64,000 bases of DNA, from the NCBI RefSeq assembly GCF_913053745.1, contig NZ_CAJXGF010000004.1:1157-65156 (forward strand), written 5' to 3'. The position numbers were made by a program, and so were the translations under genes. Source of the DNA: an uncultured Nitratireductor sp. GTDB lineage: Bacteria; Pseudomonadota; Alphaproteobacteria; Rhizobiales; Rhizobiaceae. The notes below the pieces were generated by a model. That model did not search any database. It saw only the letters and a list, made by a program, of their open reading frames with translations, and had not been told where the DNA came from. Of the stretch, positions 11,462 through 21,100 are shown in pieces (position 1 is the first letter of the stretch; each line of letters starts with the position of its first letter).

Positions 11462-12166
11462 ATGTTCGCCAACACATTTCCCGACCGCGCCCTGATTGCC
11501 GAGACCGTGGCCAAGATGCTGATCGAGATAAAGGCGGTGCATTTCCGCGCCGACGAGCCCTACACGTTCACATCGGGGCTCAAGAGCCCGGTTTATATCG
11601 ATTGCCGGAAACTGATTTCCTATCCGCGCATTCGCTCTGCGATCATGGACTTTGCCGCCTCCGTCGTGCTGCGGGATGCCGGCTTCGAAAAGTTCGATGC
11701 CGTGGCTGGTGGCGAAACGGCCGGCATACCCTTCGCGGCCTGGCTTTCCGATAAGCTTGGCCTGCCCATGCTTTACGTGCGCAAGAAGCCCAAGGGCTTT
11801 GGCCGTGATGCGCAGATCGAGGGCGATCTGAACGAGGGTGCGCGTCTGCTCCTGGTGGAAGATCTGACGACCGACGGAGGCAGCAAGCTGAAATTCGCCG
11901 AAGCCGTTCGCAAGGCCGGCGCGGAGGTGACCGATACGTTCGCCGTGTTTTACTACGGCATCTTTCCAGACACACCGAAGCGCCTCGAAGACGCCGGAAT
12001 GCGGCTGCATTATCTCACAACCTGGTGGGATGTACTGCAGGTGGCGCGCGCGGAAAAACTGTTCGACGATAAGACACTCGACGAGGTGGAGAAGTTCCTC
12101 AACAAGCCGCTCGAATGGTCGGCCGCCAATGGCGGCATTTCCGAACTCGGAGAAAAAGCCGGCTGA
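11462..12166 (+). CDS. pyrE: Orotate phosphoribosyltransferase
   Basis: [28 protein letters not shown]..., PRPP motif [14 protein letters not shown]. The 405-aa ORF from 10949 is an antisense read-through extension. Confidence 0.93.
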   Translation: MFANTFPDRALIAETVAKMLIEIKAVHFRADEPYTFTSGLKSPVYIDCRKLISYPRIRSAIMDFAASVVLRDAGFEKFDAVAGGETAGIPFAAWLSDKLGLPMLYVRKKPKGFGRDAQIEGDLNEGARLLLVEDLTTDGGSKLKFAEAVRKAGAEVTDTFAVFYYGIFPDTPKRLEDAGMRLHYLTTWWDVLQVARAEKLFDDKTLDEVEKFLNKPLEWSAANGGISELGEKAG

Positions 12167-12217
12167 CCGCGAATTCTGCGGCCCGGGATAATCGTGAGAC
12201 CGACTGGAATGAGACGC

Positions 12218-12251
12218 GGCGGTTCGGCTATTCGAACCGCCGTTTGCATTT
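12218..12251 (+). terminator. Candidate terminator after pyrE
   Basis: 9-bp stem GGCGGTTCG/CGAACCGCC with a 6-nt loop, followed by GTTTGCATTT (weak T tract). Confidence 0.45.
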
Positions 12252-13119
12252 AAAGCGGGATCTCGCCGAGCGCCGCTTTCTGCGCATCGGTCAGCGGCAT
12301 ATGCGGTGGCAGCGATGCCTCGAAACTCCGGTCGTCATGCAATCTGGCCGTCAGATATTTGACGGCGGGAATGAGCGGATGAGCCGAAATCGCGGTGCGG
12401 GCACTCGAGGCGGCTTCGAGTGCATGATCATTGGCAGGCTCCGACCGAAGTTTCGCGACAAGCGGTGCTGTAACGCTCGCTGTAGCCGATATGCAGCCGG
12501 CATAGCCTTCCGCTTCGGCCTTCGAGAGTGCCGCCTCATTGCTCGGAAAAACGTCGAAATCTTCGATCTTTGCAAGTTCCGATGCGTATTCGAGGTCGCC
12601 GGAACTGTCCTTCGCGCCGGCAAAGCGGTCGGGGAACGTCTCTTTTAGCCGGCGGGCCAGCGCGGGCGAAAAGGTCAGCCCCGTCATCTGCGGAAAATTG
12701 TAGAGATAGAGGGGGATGGATGCGTCGTTCGTCGCATGTGCGAGGCGTTCGAACCAGGCGAACAGCCCATCGTCGCTCACGCCTTTGTAGTAATAGGGCG
12801 GCAAGACAAGCGCTGCGGCAAAGCCCAGCGTGTGCGCCTGCATGGTAAGTGCAACGGTCGTCTTAAGGTCGGGCGTGCCAGTGCCGACCATCAGCCGGGT
12901 GCGATCGAGGGAGCCGGCGGCCGCTTCCATAAGCGCAATCCGCTGGCCCTGCGAGAACGAATTGGCCTCTCCCGTGGTGCCAAGCACGTTCAGCGCGTCG
13001 CACCCATTGTCGAGCGCCCATTCTGCATGGCGCAGAAAACGGGCCGTGTCCGGGTCGCCAATATCTGTCACGGGGGTGGGAACGGCGGCGATCACACCGC
13101 TCAAGCGTTTAGGGGGCAC
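12250..13119 (-). CDS. Dihydrodipicolinate synthase family (DapA-like) lyase
   Basis: GTG start 7 nt after AAAGGAG. LSGVIAAVPTPV..., GTTGEANSF motif, class I aldolase layout. Confidence 0.85.
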   Translation of the reverse strand: MPPKRLSGVIAAVPTPVTDIGDPDTARFLRHAEWALDNGCDALNVLGTTGEANSFSQGQRIALMEAAAGSLDRTRLMVGTGTPDLKTTVALTMQAHTLGFAAALVLPPYYYKGVSDDGLFAWFERLAHATNDASIPLYLYNFPQMTGLTFSPALARRLKETFPDRFAGAKDSSGDLEYASELAKIEDFDVFPSNEAALSKAEAEGYAGCISATASVTAPLVAKLRSEPANDHALEAASSARTAISAHPLIPAVKYLTARLHDDRSFEASLPPHMPLTDAQKAALGEIPL

Positions 13120-13208
13120 GAAAGAACTCCTTTGAACATATCGCTCGCTCTCTAAAGCAATTTTCCTTTGGCTGGAAACACTCAGCTTCCCACGCATAAT
13201 GCCAAAGC

Positions 13209-13241
13209 AAAACCCGGCCGGAGGAGGGAACGTCCGGCCGG
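13209..13241 (-). terminator. Rho-independent terminator after the OmpA-family gene
   Basis: Minus strand CCCGGCCGGA...TCCGGCCGGG followed by TTTTGCTTT. Confidence 0.55.
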
Positions 13242-13292
13242 GCTCCTTTCGCCGGCCCGGTGACCGGGCGCGGGGCGGAAAGCTGCTACAGC

Positions 13293-15302
13293 TTAGTTAG
13301 CGCTGGCCACCGGCGCGACAAGCGGGGTAATCCGTCGCAAGGCCACGCGGCGGTTTTCACGTTCGCGCTCTCCGGTATCGATTTTGAGGTAGCGCTCGCC
13401 ATACCCCTGCGTGACCAGGTTTTCCGGCGGTATGCCGAAGACGTCCGTCAGGGCGCGTGCAACGGATTCGGCTCGACGATCCGAGAGCGCCAGATTGGCA
13501 AGATCCGAACCCACCGCATCCGTATGGCCTTCGATCAGGAAGGTTTCGCCCGGATTTTCGTCGAGCATGCGTTCGATTGCAGTGGCGATCGCCTCGAGCT
13601 CATCGATCTCGCTCTCGTCGATATCCGCGGAACCGAAGGCGAATTCGATCGTGTCCAGATCGACGCGGCGTACCATGTCGCGAACGCGTGCCGAGCGCTT
13701 CACCTCTTCAAGCGAATACATGCGCTGCACCGGCTCAACCGGCGGCTTCTCGAGAAAGGCGTAATAGCGGTCGGGATCTTCCACCCGCTCGGCCTCGAGA
13801 ATGTAATCGCTGACCGGGATGGTCAACCGCAGCGGCGGCAGGTCGCGAGCCGGATCGCGCCAGCGATCGACCGTTTCCAACCGCTCCTCGGGCACGAACA
13901 CAAGCACCTGCTCGCGGCCGTCAGGCGCGACCCGCACCCGGCGGATCACATCACCGTAACGGTTGCGAACGGTCACCAGACGAACGCCGTTGGGACGCGT
14001 AACAACCTCGCGGACCCGGCCGCGCGGCAGTTCCTCGTAGTAGACCTCGTCGTCGTCGCGGATGAGACGGTCGCTGTCCTGGCTTTCGACGAAAACCTGA
14101 TTGTTGATCTGGATGATCGTGCGGTTGTCGTTGAATTCGCGCACCACCTCAGCGTCCTCGCGGCGCTGGCGCAGCTCGCGCCGGCGTTCGCGGCGTTCCT
14201 CGCGTGTCGCGCCCATTTCGATGCGCTCACCCCGTTCTTCCATCAGAGTGCGGATTTCGCTGCGCAGAGTCTCCGCATCGATGGTTCCGGCCTGGGCCTC
14301 GGCGTCGCTTTCAGGGGGAGGGGCGGATTGTCCTGCTTCATCCGCAGGCGCCGCAGTCTGCGGGTCTGACGGCGTTTCGGCATCGCGATCGCCATTCGCC
14401 TCCGCGTCGGATCGAGGCTGTGCCTCGCCCTCGGCTTCAGGTTCCTTCTGGCTGTCCAGAACGGGCGCGGCGTTTTCGGGAAGGACCTCGGTTTCCGGCT
14501 GCGCGGAGTCCGAACCGGTCGTCGCCTCCTCTTCCGTCTGGCCTTCCTCTATGACGGGCTCGTCGACGGCCGGCTCAGAGGTTTCGGGCGCTTGCTCCGG
14601 CTCATCTCCGCCCACTTCGGTCTGCCCTTCGGTGTTCGGTGCGCCTTCTTCGGCCTCCACCGGCGGTGTTTCCTCCGTGGGAGCGTTTTCTGCCGGCGGA
14701 GTTACTTCGTCGGCCTCATCTTCCTGCAGTTCGGGCGCTTGCTGCTCGCCAGATCCGGCAGGTTGTTCGTCTTCTTCCGCTTCCAGTTCCACGGGCGCGT
14801 CTTCCGGCGCCGTTTCACCCTCGGCTTCGGCCGGTTCCTCTGCGGGAGGAGCGGTTTGTTCCGTTGCCGGAGGTTGCGCGTTTTCCTGTGACGGCGGCTC
14901 TTCGACGGGCGCTTGCTCGGATTCCGGTTCGGCAGTCTGCGGTTCGACCTCAACCTCCGGCGTCACCTCAGGTTCGACCTGAGGGGCAGCCTCGTCTTCT
15001 GCCGGAGCAGGGGTTTCGGTCGGCGCTTTCTGGTCGAGCTCACGCACTTCGCCGCCGCCATTGTCGTTCGCCGGGGCGTTTTCCGGTTCCTCGGTTTTCC
15101 TGTCCTGTTCCTGTCCCTCGCCGCCACGTTTCTTCAGGAGCGCGCGCCAGGCTTCTTCCGTCATGCCCTCAGGCTTTTGGGCCTGAGCGAGCACCGTGCC
15201 GGCGGACCGATCCGAAGCAAATCCAGGCTGAACCGCGAGCGGCGCCGCGGCGATAAGCAGGCCGAGGGCGGTTGTGGTCATGATCCGCTTTCGCGTTGTC
15301 AT
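13293..15302 (-). CDS. OmpA family protein with a long acidic Pro/Glu-rich region
   Basis: Signal peptide, a ~300-aa low-complexity P/E/A/T-rich segment, a conserved middle domain, and a C-terminal OmpA-like domain (FLIEGHTDAVGSDLANLALSDRRAESVARAL...NRRVAL). Confidence 0.88.
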   Translation of the reverse strand: MTTRKRIMTTTALGLLIAAAPLAVQPGFASDRSAGTVLAQAQKPEGMTEEAWRALLKKRGGEGQEQDRKTEEPENAPANDNGGGEVRELDQKAPTETPAPAEDEAAPQVEPEVTPEVEVEPQTAEPESEQAPVEEPPSQENAQPPATEQTAPPAEEPAEAEGETAPEDAPVELEAEEDEQPAGSGEQQAPELQEDEADEVTPPAENAPTEETPPVEAEEGAPNTEGQTEVGGDEPEQAPETSEPAVDEPVIEEGQTEEEATTGSDSAQPETEVLPENAAPVLDSQKEPEAEGEAQPRSDAEANGDRDAETPSDPQTAAPADEAGQSAPPPESDAEAQAGTIDAETLRSEIRTLMEERGERIEMGATREERRERRRELRQRREDAEVVREFNDNRTIIQINNQVFVESQDSDRLIRDDDEVYYEELPRGRVREVVTRPNGVRLVTVRNRYGDVIRRVRVAPDGREQVLVFVPEERLETVDRWRDPARDLPPLRLTIPVSDYILEAERVEDPDRYYAFLEKPPVEPVQRMYSLEEVKRSARVRDMVRRVDLDTIEFAFGSADIDESEIDELEAIATAIERMLDENPGETFLIEGHTDAVGSDLANLALSDRRAESVARALTDVFGIPPENLVTQGYGERYLKIDTGERERENRRVALRRITPLVAPVASAN

Positions 15303-15485
15303 AAAATCTCTCCTGTATGAGGGCGTCCCATCGCCGCCTTAACCCCCTCGATGGCGTTCGGTTCCCAATTCCGTTCGATTGATACCGGAGCGTGTGGAAC
15401 CATGGCGCCGGGGTGGCGAGAGGGTGACGGAATTGCGGTTGACGGGGCGCTTGACGCGGGGTGGATGGCGGTCCAAACCTCGATC

Positions 15486-15935
15486 ATGACGACGACCGAA
15501 TTCTGGAAAACCAAGACGCTGGCCGAACTGAGCGATCGGGAGTGGGAGGCACTGTGCGATGGCTGCGGCAAATGCTGCCTCGCCAAGCTCGAGGATGAGG
15601 AGACCGGCGAGATCTATTGGACGAGCGTTGGCTGTCGTCTGTTCGATGGCGGGACCTGCCGGTGCAACGATTATGAGAACCGGCTCACGCGCGTGCCCGA
15701 TTGCGTTCGCCTGACGCCGGAGAATGTGGGGGACATCCCCTGGCTGCCGAGCACTTGCGGTTATCGGCTCATGGCGGAAGGAAAGGACTTGGCCTGGTGG
15801 CATCCGCTCGTTTCCGGCGATCCCAACACCGTGCACGAGGCCGGCATTTCCATGCGCGGCCGCGTGAAGGCAAGCGAAGACGAGCTGACGCAAGCGGAAG
15901 ACTATTTCTCTTTTATCCTGGATGAGGAACCATAG
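15486..15935 (+). CDS. YcgN family cysteine-cluster protein (UPF0260)
   Basis: [59 protein letters not shown]. Confidence 0.88.
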   Translation: MTTTEFWKTKTLAELSDREWEALCDGCGKCCLAKLEDEETGEIYWTSVGCRLFDGGTCRCNDYENRLTRVPDCVRLTPENVGDIPWLPSTCGYRLMAEGKDLAWWHPLVSGDPNTVHEAGISMRGRVKASEDELTQAEDYFSFILDEEP

Positions 15936-15987
15936 TCCGCGTATGCGGCTTTTCGTCCGGGACGAGCAATCAACGAGGAGGATGACG

Positions 15988-16404
15988 ATGCCCGAGGAAA
16001 AGACGCGCCGCCTGGTACAATCTTATCTGGATGCATTGAACGCCAATGACCACGATGCGGCGCTGGCGCTGGTGAGCGAGGACGTGGCGCACGACCCCTT
16101 CGACGGTGAGCGGGAGATCGGTCGCGAAAAGCTGCGCTGGCGTTTGGGGCTCGAGGCGCGGCATTTCGATGAGCGTTTCGCCGACATTGCCGTGATGAGC
16201 GCCTCGGGCGGTGTGCGGGCTGCCGCCGAGTTCACGGTTCGCGGCACCTATCGCAAAAGCGCGGATGGCCTGCCGGAAGCAAATGGTCAATCCTATGTCT
16301 TGCCAGGTGGTATGTTTTTCGAGGTCGACGGAAATGAAATCACCCGCATCAGCGAGCAGCGAAACCCGGTGCAATGGCGTGCCGCACTGTCTGCGGATCG
16401 CTGA
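15988..16404 (+). CDS. SnoaL-like/NTF2-fold protein
   Basis: ATG 6 nt after GAGGAGG. RRLVQSYLDALNANDHDAALALVSEDVAHD is typical of the ketosteroid-isomerase-like fold. Confidence 0.7.
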   Translation: MPEEKTRRLVQSYLDALNANDHDAALALVSEDVAHDPFDGEREIGREKLRWRLGLEARHFDERFADIAVMSASGGVRAAAEFTVRGTYRKSADGLPEANGQSYVLPGGMFFEVDGNEITRISEQRNPVQWRAALSADR

Positions 16405-16506
16405 ACGCAGTATGAACGGCTCATTCCCAAATCGTTCAGACGCAGTTTGACATTGTGATCTCCATGACGGGGCGCGTGAGGGTCCTGATCAAACAAGGAG
16501 AGCACC

Positions 16507-16860
16507 ATGTTTCAGAAACTGAAGATCGCAACCCTTTCGACGCTGATCGGATTGGGCACATTGGCAGCGGCTCCGGCCACGGCTCAGGCCGACAGCCTGT
16601 ATTTTGGCTTCGGCATCGGCGGCCCGTCGGGCGGTTATATTCATGGCAATAGCGGCCGTAGCCATCGGGCCGAGCGTCCCCGCCGTCATCACCGTGCCTG
16701 CACGCCGCGTCAGGCCGTTCGCAAGGCGGAACGTTTCGGAATTCGTCGCGCCCGGGTCGTGCGGGCCAACCGCAATGTCATCCGCGTCGTTGGCCGCACC
16801 CACCGGGGACGTCAGCATATGGTTTTCGCGCGCGCGCCGCGCTGCCCGGTGATCCGCTAA
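16507..16860 (+). CDS. Small secreted basic hypothetical protein
   Basis: AAGGAGAG Shine-Dalgarno. Signal peptide ending ATAQA-D, followed by a His/Arg-rich mature part. Confidence 0.6.
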   Translation: MFQKLKIATLSTLIGLGTLAAAPATAQADSLYFGFGIGGPSGGYIHGNSGRSHRAERPRRHHRACTPRQAVRKAERFGIRRARVVRANRNVIRVVGRTHRGRQHMVFARAPRCPVIR

Positions 16861-16884
16861 CCGTTAGCCGACCGCTGACAAGCA

Positions 16885-16920
16885 CAAAAAAGCCGCCGGT
16901 AAATGCCGGCGGCTTTTTTG
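16885..16920. terminator. Bidirectional rho-independent terminator
   Basis: AAAAAAGCCGCCGG-TAAAT-GCCGGCGGCTTTTTT between convergent genes. Confidence 0.7.
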
Positions 16921-16936
16921 GGCGGTGAGCCTCGGC

Positions 16937-17665
16937 TTACTTGTCGAGCTCGAAGGTCACATTGACCTGCACCTGATAGGTGTTCTCGCCGGCTTCGACC
17001 GGAACGGCTTCAGCGGAGGCCTGCATCCGCACCGCCTTGCCGGCATAGGGCATGGGCGGACGCTGTTGCGCCTGCTCGGAAATCTCGATGATATCGCCGA
17101 GTTTGACGCCAGCGGCCTCCGCCAGTGTTCTGGCCTTGTCCATGGCGTTCTGGACGGCACGTTTGCGTGCCTCGGAGACAGTGGTCGAGGGGTCGTCATT
17201 GGTGAAGCTAAGGCCGCCGCCCTGATTGACGCCCAGCGTGACGGAGCGATCGAGAACCGCGCCGACCTTGTCGAGATCGCGGATGCGCACGGTCAGCGTG
17301 TTGCCGACCTCGTAACCGACGATGCGCGGTGACTCTTCCTCGTTCTTGTCGTTCGGATAGACGTAGCGCGGATTGATCGACAAGCCGCCGGTCTGCAGGT
17401 CGCGCGATTCGATCCCGTCTTCTTTCATGGCGTCGATGACCGAGGTCATTGCGTCATTGTTGGCGTCGAGTGCGGCGCGCGCGGTTTCGGCTTCACGTAC
17501 GACGGCGATTGTAAGGATCGCCATATCCGGGCTGATCGCGGCTTCTCCCTCGCCGGTCACGATGATTCGCGCGCGGTCGTCATCGGCATGAGCCGGCGCT
17601 GCGGCGAGAAGCGAAGCGGCAAGCATGGGGGCTGCAAAAGCGGCAGGAAAGATGGATTTGGTCAT
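16937..17665 (-). CDS. SIMPL-domain periplasmic protein (BP26/Omp28-like)
   Basis: Signal peptide MTKSIFPAAFAAPMLAASLLAAAPAHA. IIVTGEGEAAISPDMAILTIAV...VQVNVTFELDK matches the SIMPL/DUF541 layout. Confidence 0.88.
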   Translation of the reverse strand: MTKSIFPAAFAAPMLAASLLAAAPAHADDDRARIIVTGEGEAAISPDMAILTIAVVREAETARAALDANNDAMTSVIDAMKEDGIESRDLQTGGLSINPRYVYPNDKNEEESPRIVGYEVGNTLTVRIRDLDKVGAVLDRSVTLGVNQGGGLSFTNDDPSTTVSEARKRAVQNAMDKARTLAEAAGVKLGDIIEISEQAQQRPPMPYAGKAVRMQASAEAVPVEAGENTYQVQVNVTFELDK

Positions 17666-17775
17666 GGAAATCTCCTTTTGCGATGTCCGGATACGGCAAC
17701 TAGCGAGCGATTGTGTATCGATTGCGGCAAGGTGACTTGTGCAGCGATGAAAAAGCAACTACTCCATCGCCCACC

Positions 17776-17852
17776 GGGCCTGTAGCTCAATTGGTTAGAG
17801 CCGGCGGCTCATAACCGCTTGGTTGGGGGTTCGAGTCCCTCCGGGCCCACCA
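17776..17852 (+). tRNA. tRNA with CAU anticodon (elongator Met, or lysidine-modified Ile2)
   Basis: Folds as a cloverleaf: acceptor GGGCCTG/CGGGCCC, D arm GCTC/GAGC, anticodon arm GGCGG-CTCATAA-CCGCT, T arm GGGGG-TTCGAGT-CCCTC, encoded CCA. The anticodon arm resembles E. coli ileX (from memory), so Ile2 is possible. Confidence 0.93.
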
Positions 17853-18076
17853 GAAACGCCGTTCCGGGAGTGTCAGAATGCACCTCCCGGAACGGTATTC
17901 GTCTCAAGAACCCGATCTTTCATCCCTTGTGTATTTCCTGTCATGGCATTGTCCATTGGGAAAGCAACCATCATGTGATGGTGTCCTAATCCCTTTTGTT
18001 ACTGGCGGCTGCGCCGCACATTGGGCTTTCTGAAAAATCGGCCTGCGGAAACAGGGTGTCGTTTCCAGGGTGTGTG

Positions 18077-18104
18077 AAAACCCCGCCGGCGGTTACCGGC
18101 GGGG
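18077..18104 (-). terminator. Rho-independent terminator after the large secreted-protein gene
   Basis: Minus strand CCCCGCCGG-TAACCG-CCGGCGGGG followed by TTTT. Confidence 0.6.
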
Positions 18105-18127
18105 CCTCTTGCTTGGTGTGCTCCGTT

Positions 18128-21100
18128 TTACTGAAGCTGATTGCTCCTGTCGCGCGGCCGCAGGATTTGCGGATTGATGCGCAACGGGCGATCGAGCTGC
18201 TGTCGGGGCACCCGGTTGGTCGGCGGCGCCACGCGGATCTGCCGACAGTTGGGGTACTTGCCCGTCGTGCCGGGCGGACAACGGCGCTGCACAATCGGGC
18301 GGCAGTTCGGATACCTACCCGTTGTGCCCTGCGGGCAGCGGCGCTGTACGACCGGGCGGCAATTCGGGAACGTGCCCGTTGTGCCCCGCGGACAACGCGG
18401 CCGTACGATGGGTGCGCAATTGGGATAGCGCCCCGTCGTTCCCGGCGGGCATTGACGCTGCACCTCCGGCTTGCGGCAGGCCCCGGCCACCAGACGGGTT
18501 CCGCGCGGGCAGACACAGCGTCCGTCCTGGGTGCGGATCATGCCCGGAAGCAGACGGCACTGCTGGCGGATCGGCCGGCAGTTGGGCGGCGTGCCCGTCG
18601 TGCCGCGCGGGCACTCGCGCTCGATCTGCGGCTTGACGCAGCGGCCGTTCTGGAGCCGTGTTCCACGCGGGCAAACACAGCGTCCGTCGCGCGTGCGGAT
18701 CTGACCCGGCAGAAGCCGGCACTGCGGCCGGGGATCTGCCTGCGGCTTCGGATCGGGCTCGCGCGGCGGCGTTGGCCGGGGCGTGGGCAGCGGAACCGGA
18801 GCGGTTTGCGTGCCGACGCACTGGCCGTTGCGGAAGGTGGTGCCTTCCGGACAGACACAGCGCCCGTCATTGTTGAGAACAAGACCCGGCGAACATTGCT
18901 GGTCCTCATCCTCATCCGCCAGAACCGTGAAGTCATGGCAGTCATAGGCGCGGCCGTCTCCGGTCCCATCCGGCGCACCGGAGAGGGAGGGCGCGGTGCG
19001 CACATCCGCTCCACGGTCGATCACCGCAGCGCAGTTGCGTCCCGATGCACCATTGCCCACCGCGTTGGCGAGGCCGCCATCTTCCGGCAGCTCGACAACG
19101 ACCTCATGCGTGCGGCTTTCGCCACTGGCAAGGGTGAGGTCGGCTTCGCAGGCGAAGGGAAGCTCGGTCGGTTCGGGCGAACAGCCGAAGGGCGGGTTCA
19201 CCGAAACGATCCGGGCCGGAACGCCGCCGAAACCTTCTACCCGAAGCGCATCGCCGATGCGAACCGGACCGGAGATCGATGACGGACCTTCATTGCGGAT
19301 GGTGATCTGGAACGTGCAGGGCTGACCAAGCAGGCACTCCGCATCGCCGGTCTTTTCGACCGTGATCCGGGTGCCGCCCTGAGCACAGGCCTCGCCGATG
19401 GGATAGACGATGTCGTCCCCCGGAGCCGGGCCGAAGGAACCGCGTGCGCAGTTCTCGAACCGCTCATTGGGTGACACATTGACCGTCACATCGAAGTGCC
19501 GCGCGGTTCCGGGTGTCATGACGGCGCCGGGGATCTCGCAGGTGAGATTGGCCGCAGGCACCGCGCCGCAGGACCATTCCGGACCGTCAGGCGTGACAGT
19601 CTGGATGTCGACCGGCGCACCGCTGCCGATGATTTCGGCCGCGTCGTTGACGCGAACCGGTCCGACGGGTGCTGCCGTTCCGGCATTGCTGACAGTGATC
19701 CGGCAGGCCACACCTTCGGCGAGCGACACGGTGGGCTCACAGGTCTTCTGGATGCGCATTTGCGGCTGGCCGCCCGGGATGCCCGGTATGGTCGCCGTCG
19801 CACAGGCCTCGTTGTTGGCGAGATTGGTTTCGCCTTCAAGCGCGGTCACTTTCGCACAGTTCTCGACCTCGTTTGTCGGATAATCGCCGACGATTGTGGT
19901 CACGAGAATGTCCGTCGATGCGCCTGGCACGAGATTCAGGCCCGGATGGTCGCACTGGAACGTGTTGCCGGCGAGCGGCGCGCACGACCAGGGCGGCGAG
20001 GGGCTGAACGATGCCGAGGCGACATCACCGGCCGGGAACGTGTCCACGAAGCTGACAGGACCGTTGATCGGCGCCGCACCCGCATTGATGATTGTCACGA
20101 CATAGGTGCAGAGACCGTCTGGCGTACAGACCGTGGGTTCGGCCCGCTTGCGCACGGCGATGTCCGGAATGTCGTTCTCCGGCGGCGTGCAGGCCGGATC
20201 GCCCGGCAGGCAGATCGCGATGGTGGCGCAGGCCTTGTCGTTGGTCGGATCGCCGAACGGATCCTTGCCGCTGGCCGTGTAGTCATATGCGGCGCAATTG
20301 CGGATCGCGCTCCAGCTCCATGCCGGTCCCGGCTGGAAGCCGAGCTTCAGCTCCACGAATTCGCCCGGGTTGAGCGTGGTTTCGGGGTGTTCGCACGACA
20401 TGGGGCTCATCATCGGCACGCAGGTCCACGGCGCATTTGGCCCCGAGACCACCGCTGCGTTTCCGGGCGTCGTCACCTCATCCAACACGATCTTGCTGGT
20501 GTAAGGCGCATCGCCCGCATTGGAGACGCGAATGGTGAAATCGCACGAACCGTCGATCTCGCATTCGGCCTCATCGGCGCGCTTCTCGACCTTGATGTCG
20601 GGCTCGCCCTCGTCGTCGGGCGGGCATTCGAGGTCTTCGGGGATTTCAATGTCGACCACCTGCGAGCAACACAGGCCGACGCCTTCAGCGGGACCCGCAT
20701 AGGTCTCGATGCTGGTGACGATCAGATGCACCGTATCGCCGGGCAGTGCGCCGGTGATTTCCCATTCGAGCGTGCCGCCGCCGGCGGGAACGGCCTGGCT
20801 CGGCGGATCGATGGTGATGCCGGGCGTGGTGGATGTCACGGTGACGACATTGCCTGCCATCTCCGGGCCGACATCCATGCGATAGATATAGGCACCGCCA
20901 CCGGGAAGGCAGTCCACTTCACCGGTCTCGACCGAGAAACAGGCCTCTTCCGGCCCGTCGCCGGGCGGCGGGGGAGGCGGTGGCGGATCGCAATCCGTTA
21001 CATCGATGATGATAGCGGTGGGATCGCCGGTCTTCCAGTCGCCATCGTCCGGCAGGGCCGGGTCATGGGACGGAATGGTGGCGACGAGCCCGCCGGTTGC

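Noticed and set aside
13260-14369. 369-aa plus-strand ORF
   Set aside because: It is antisense to the OmpA-family gene, whose signal peptide and OmpA domain identify the real frame.
18245-18721. Periodic DNA repeats considered as a possible CRISPR array or non-coding satellite
   Set aside because: The repeats are contiguous with no unique spacers. The periods of 57 and 162 bp are multiples of 3, and the repeats lie in one long ORF encoding a coherent Cys-rich peptide repeat.
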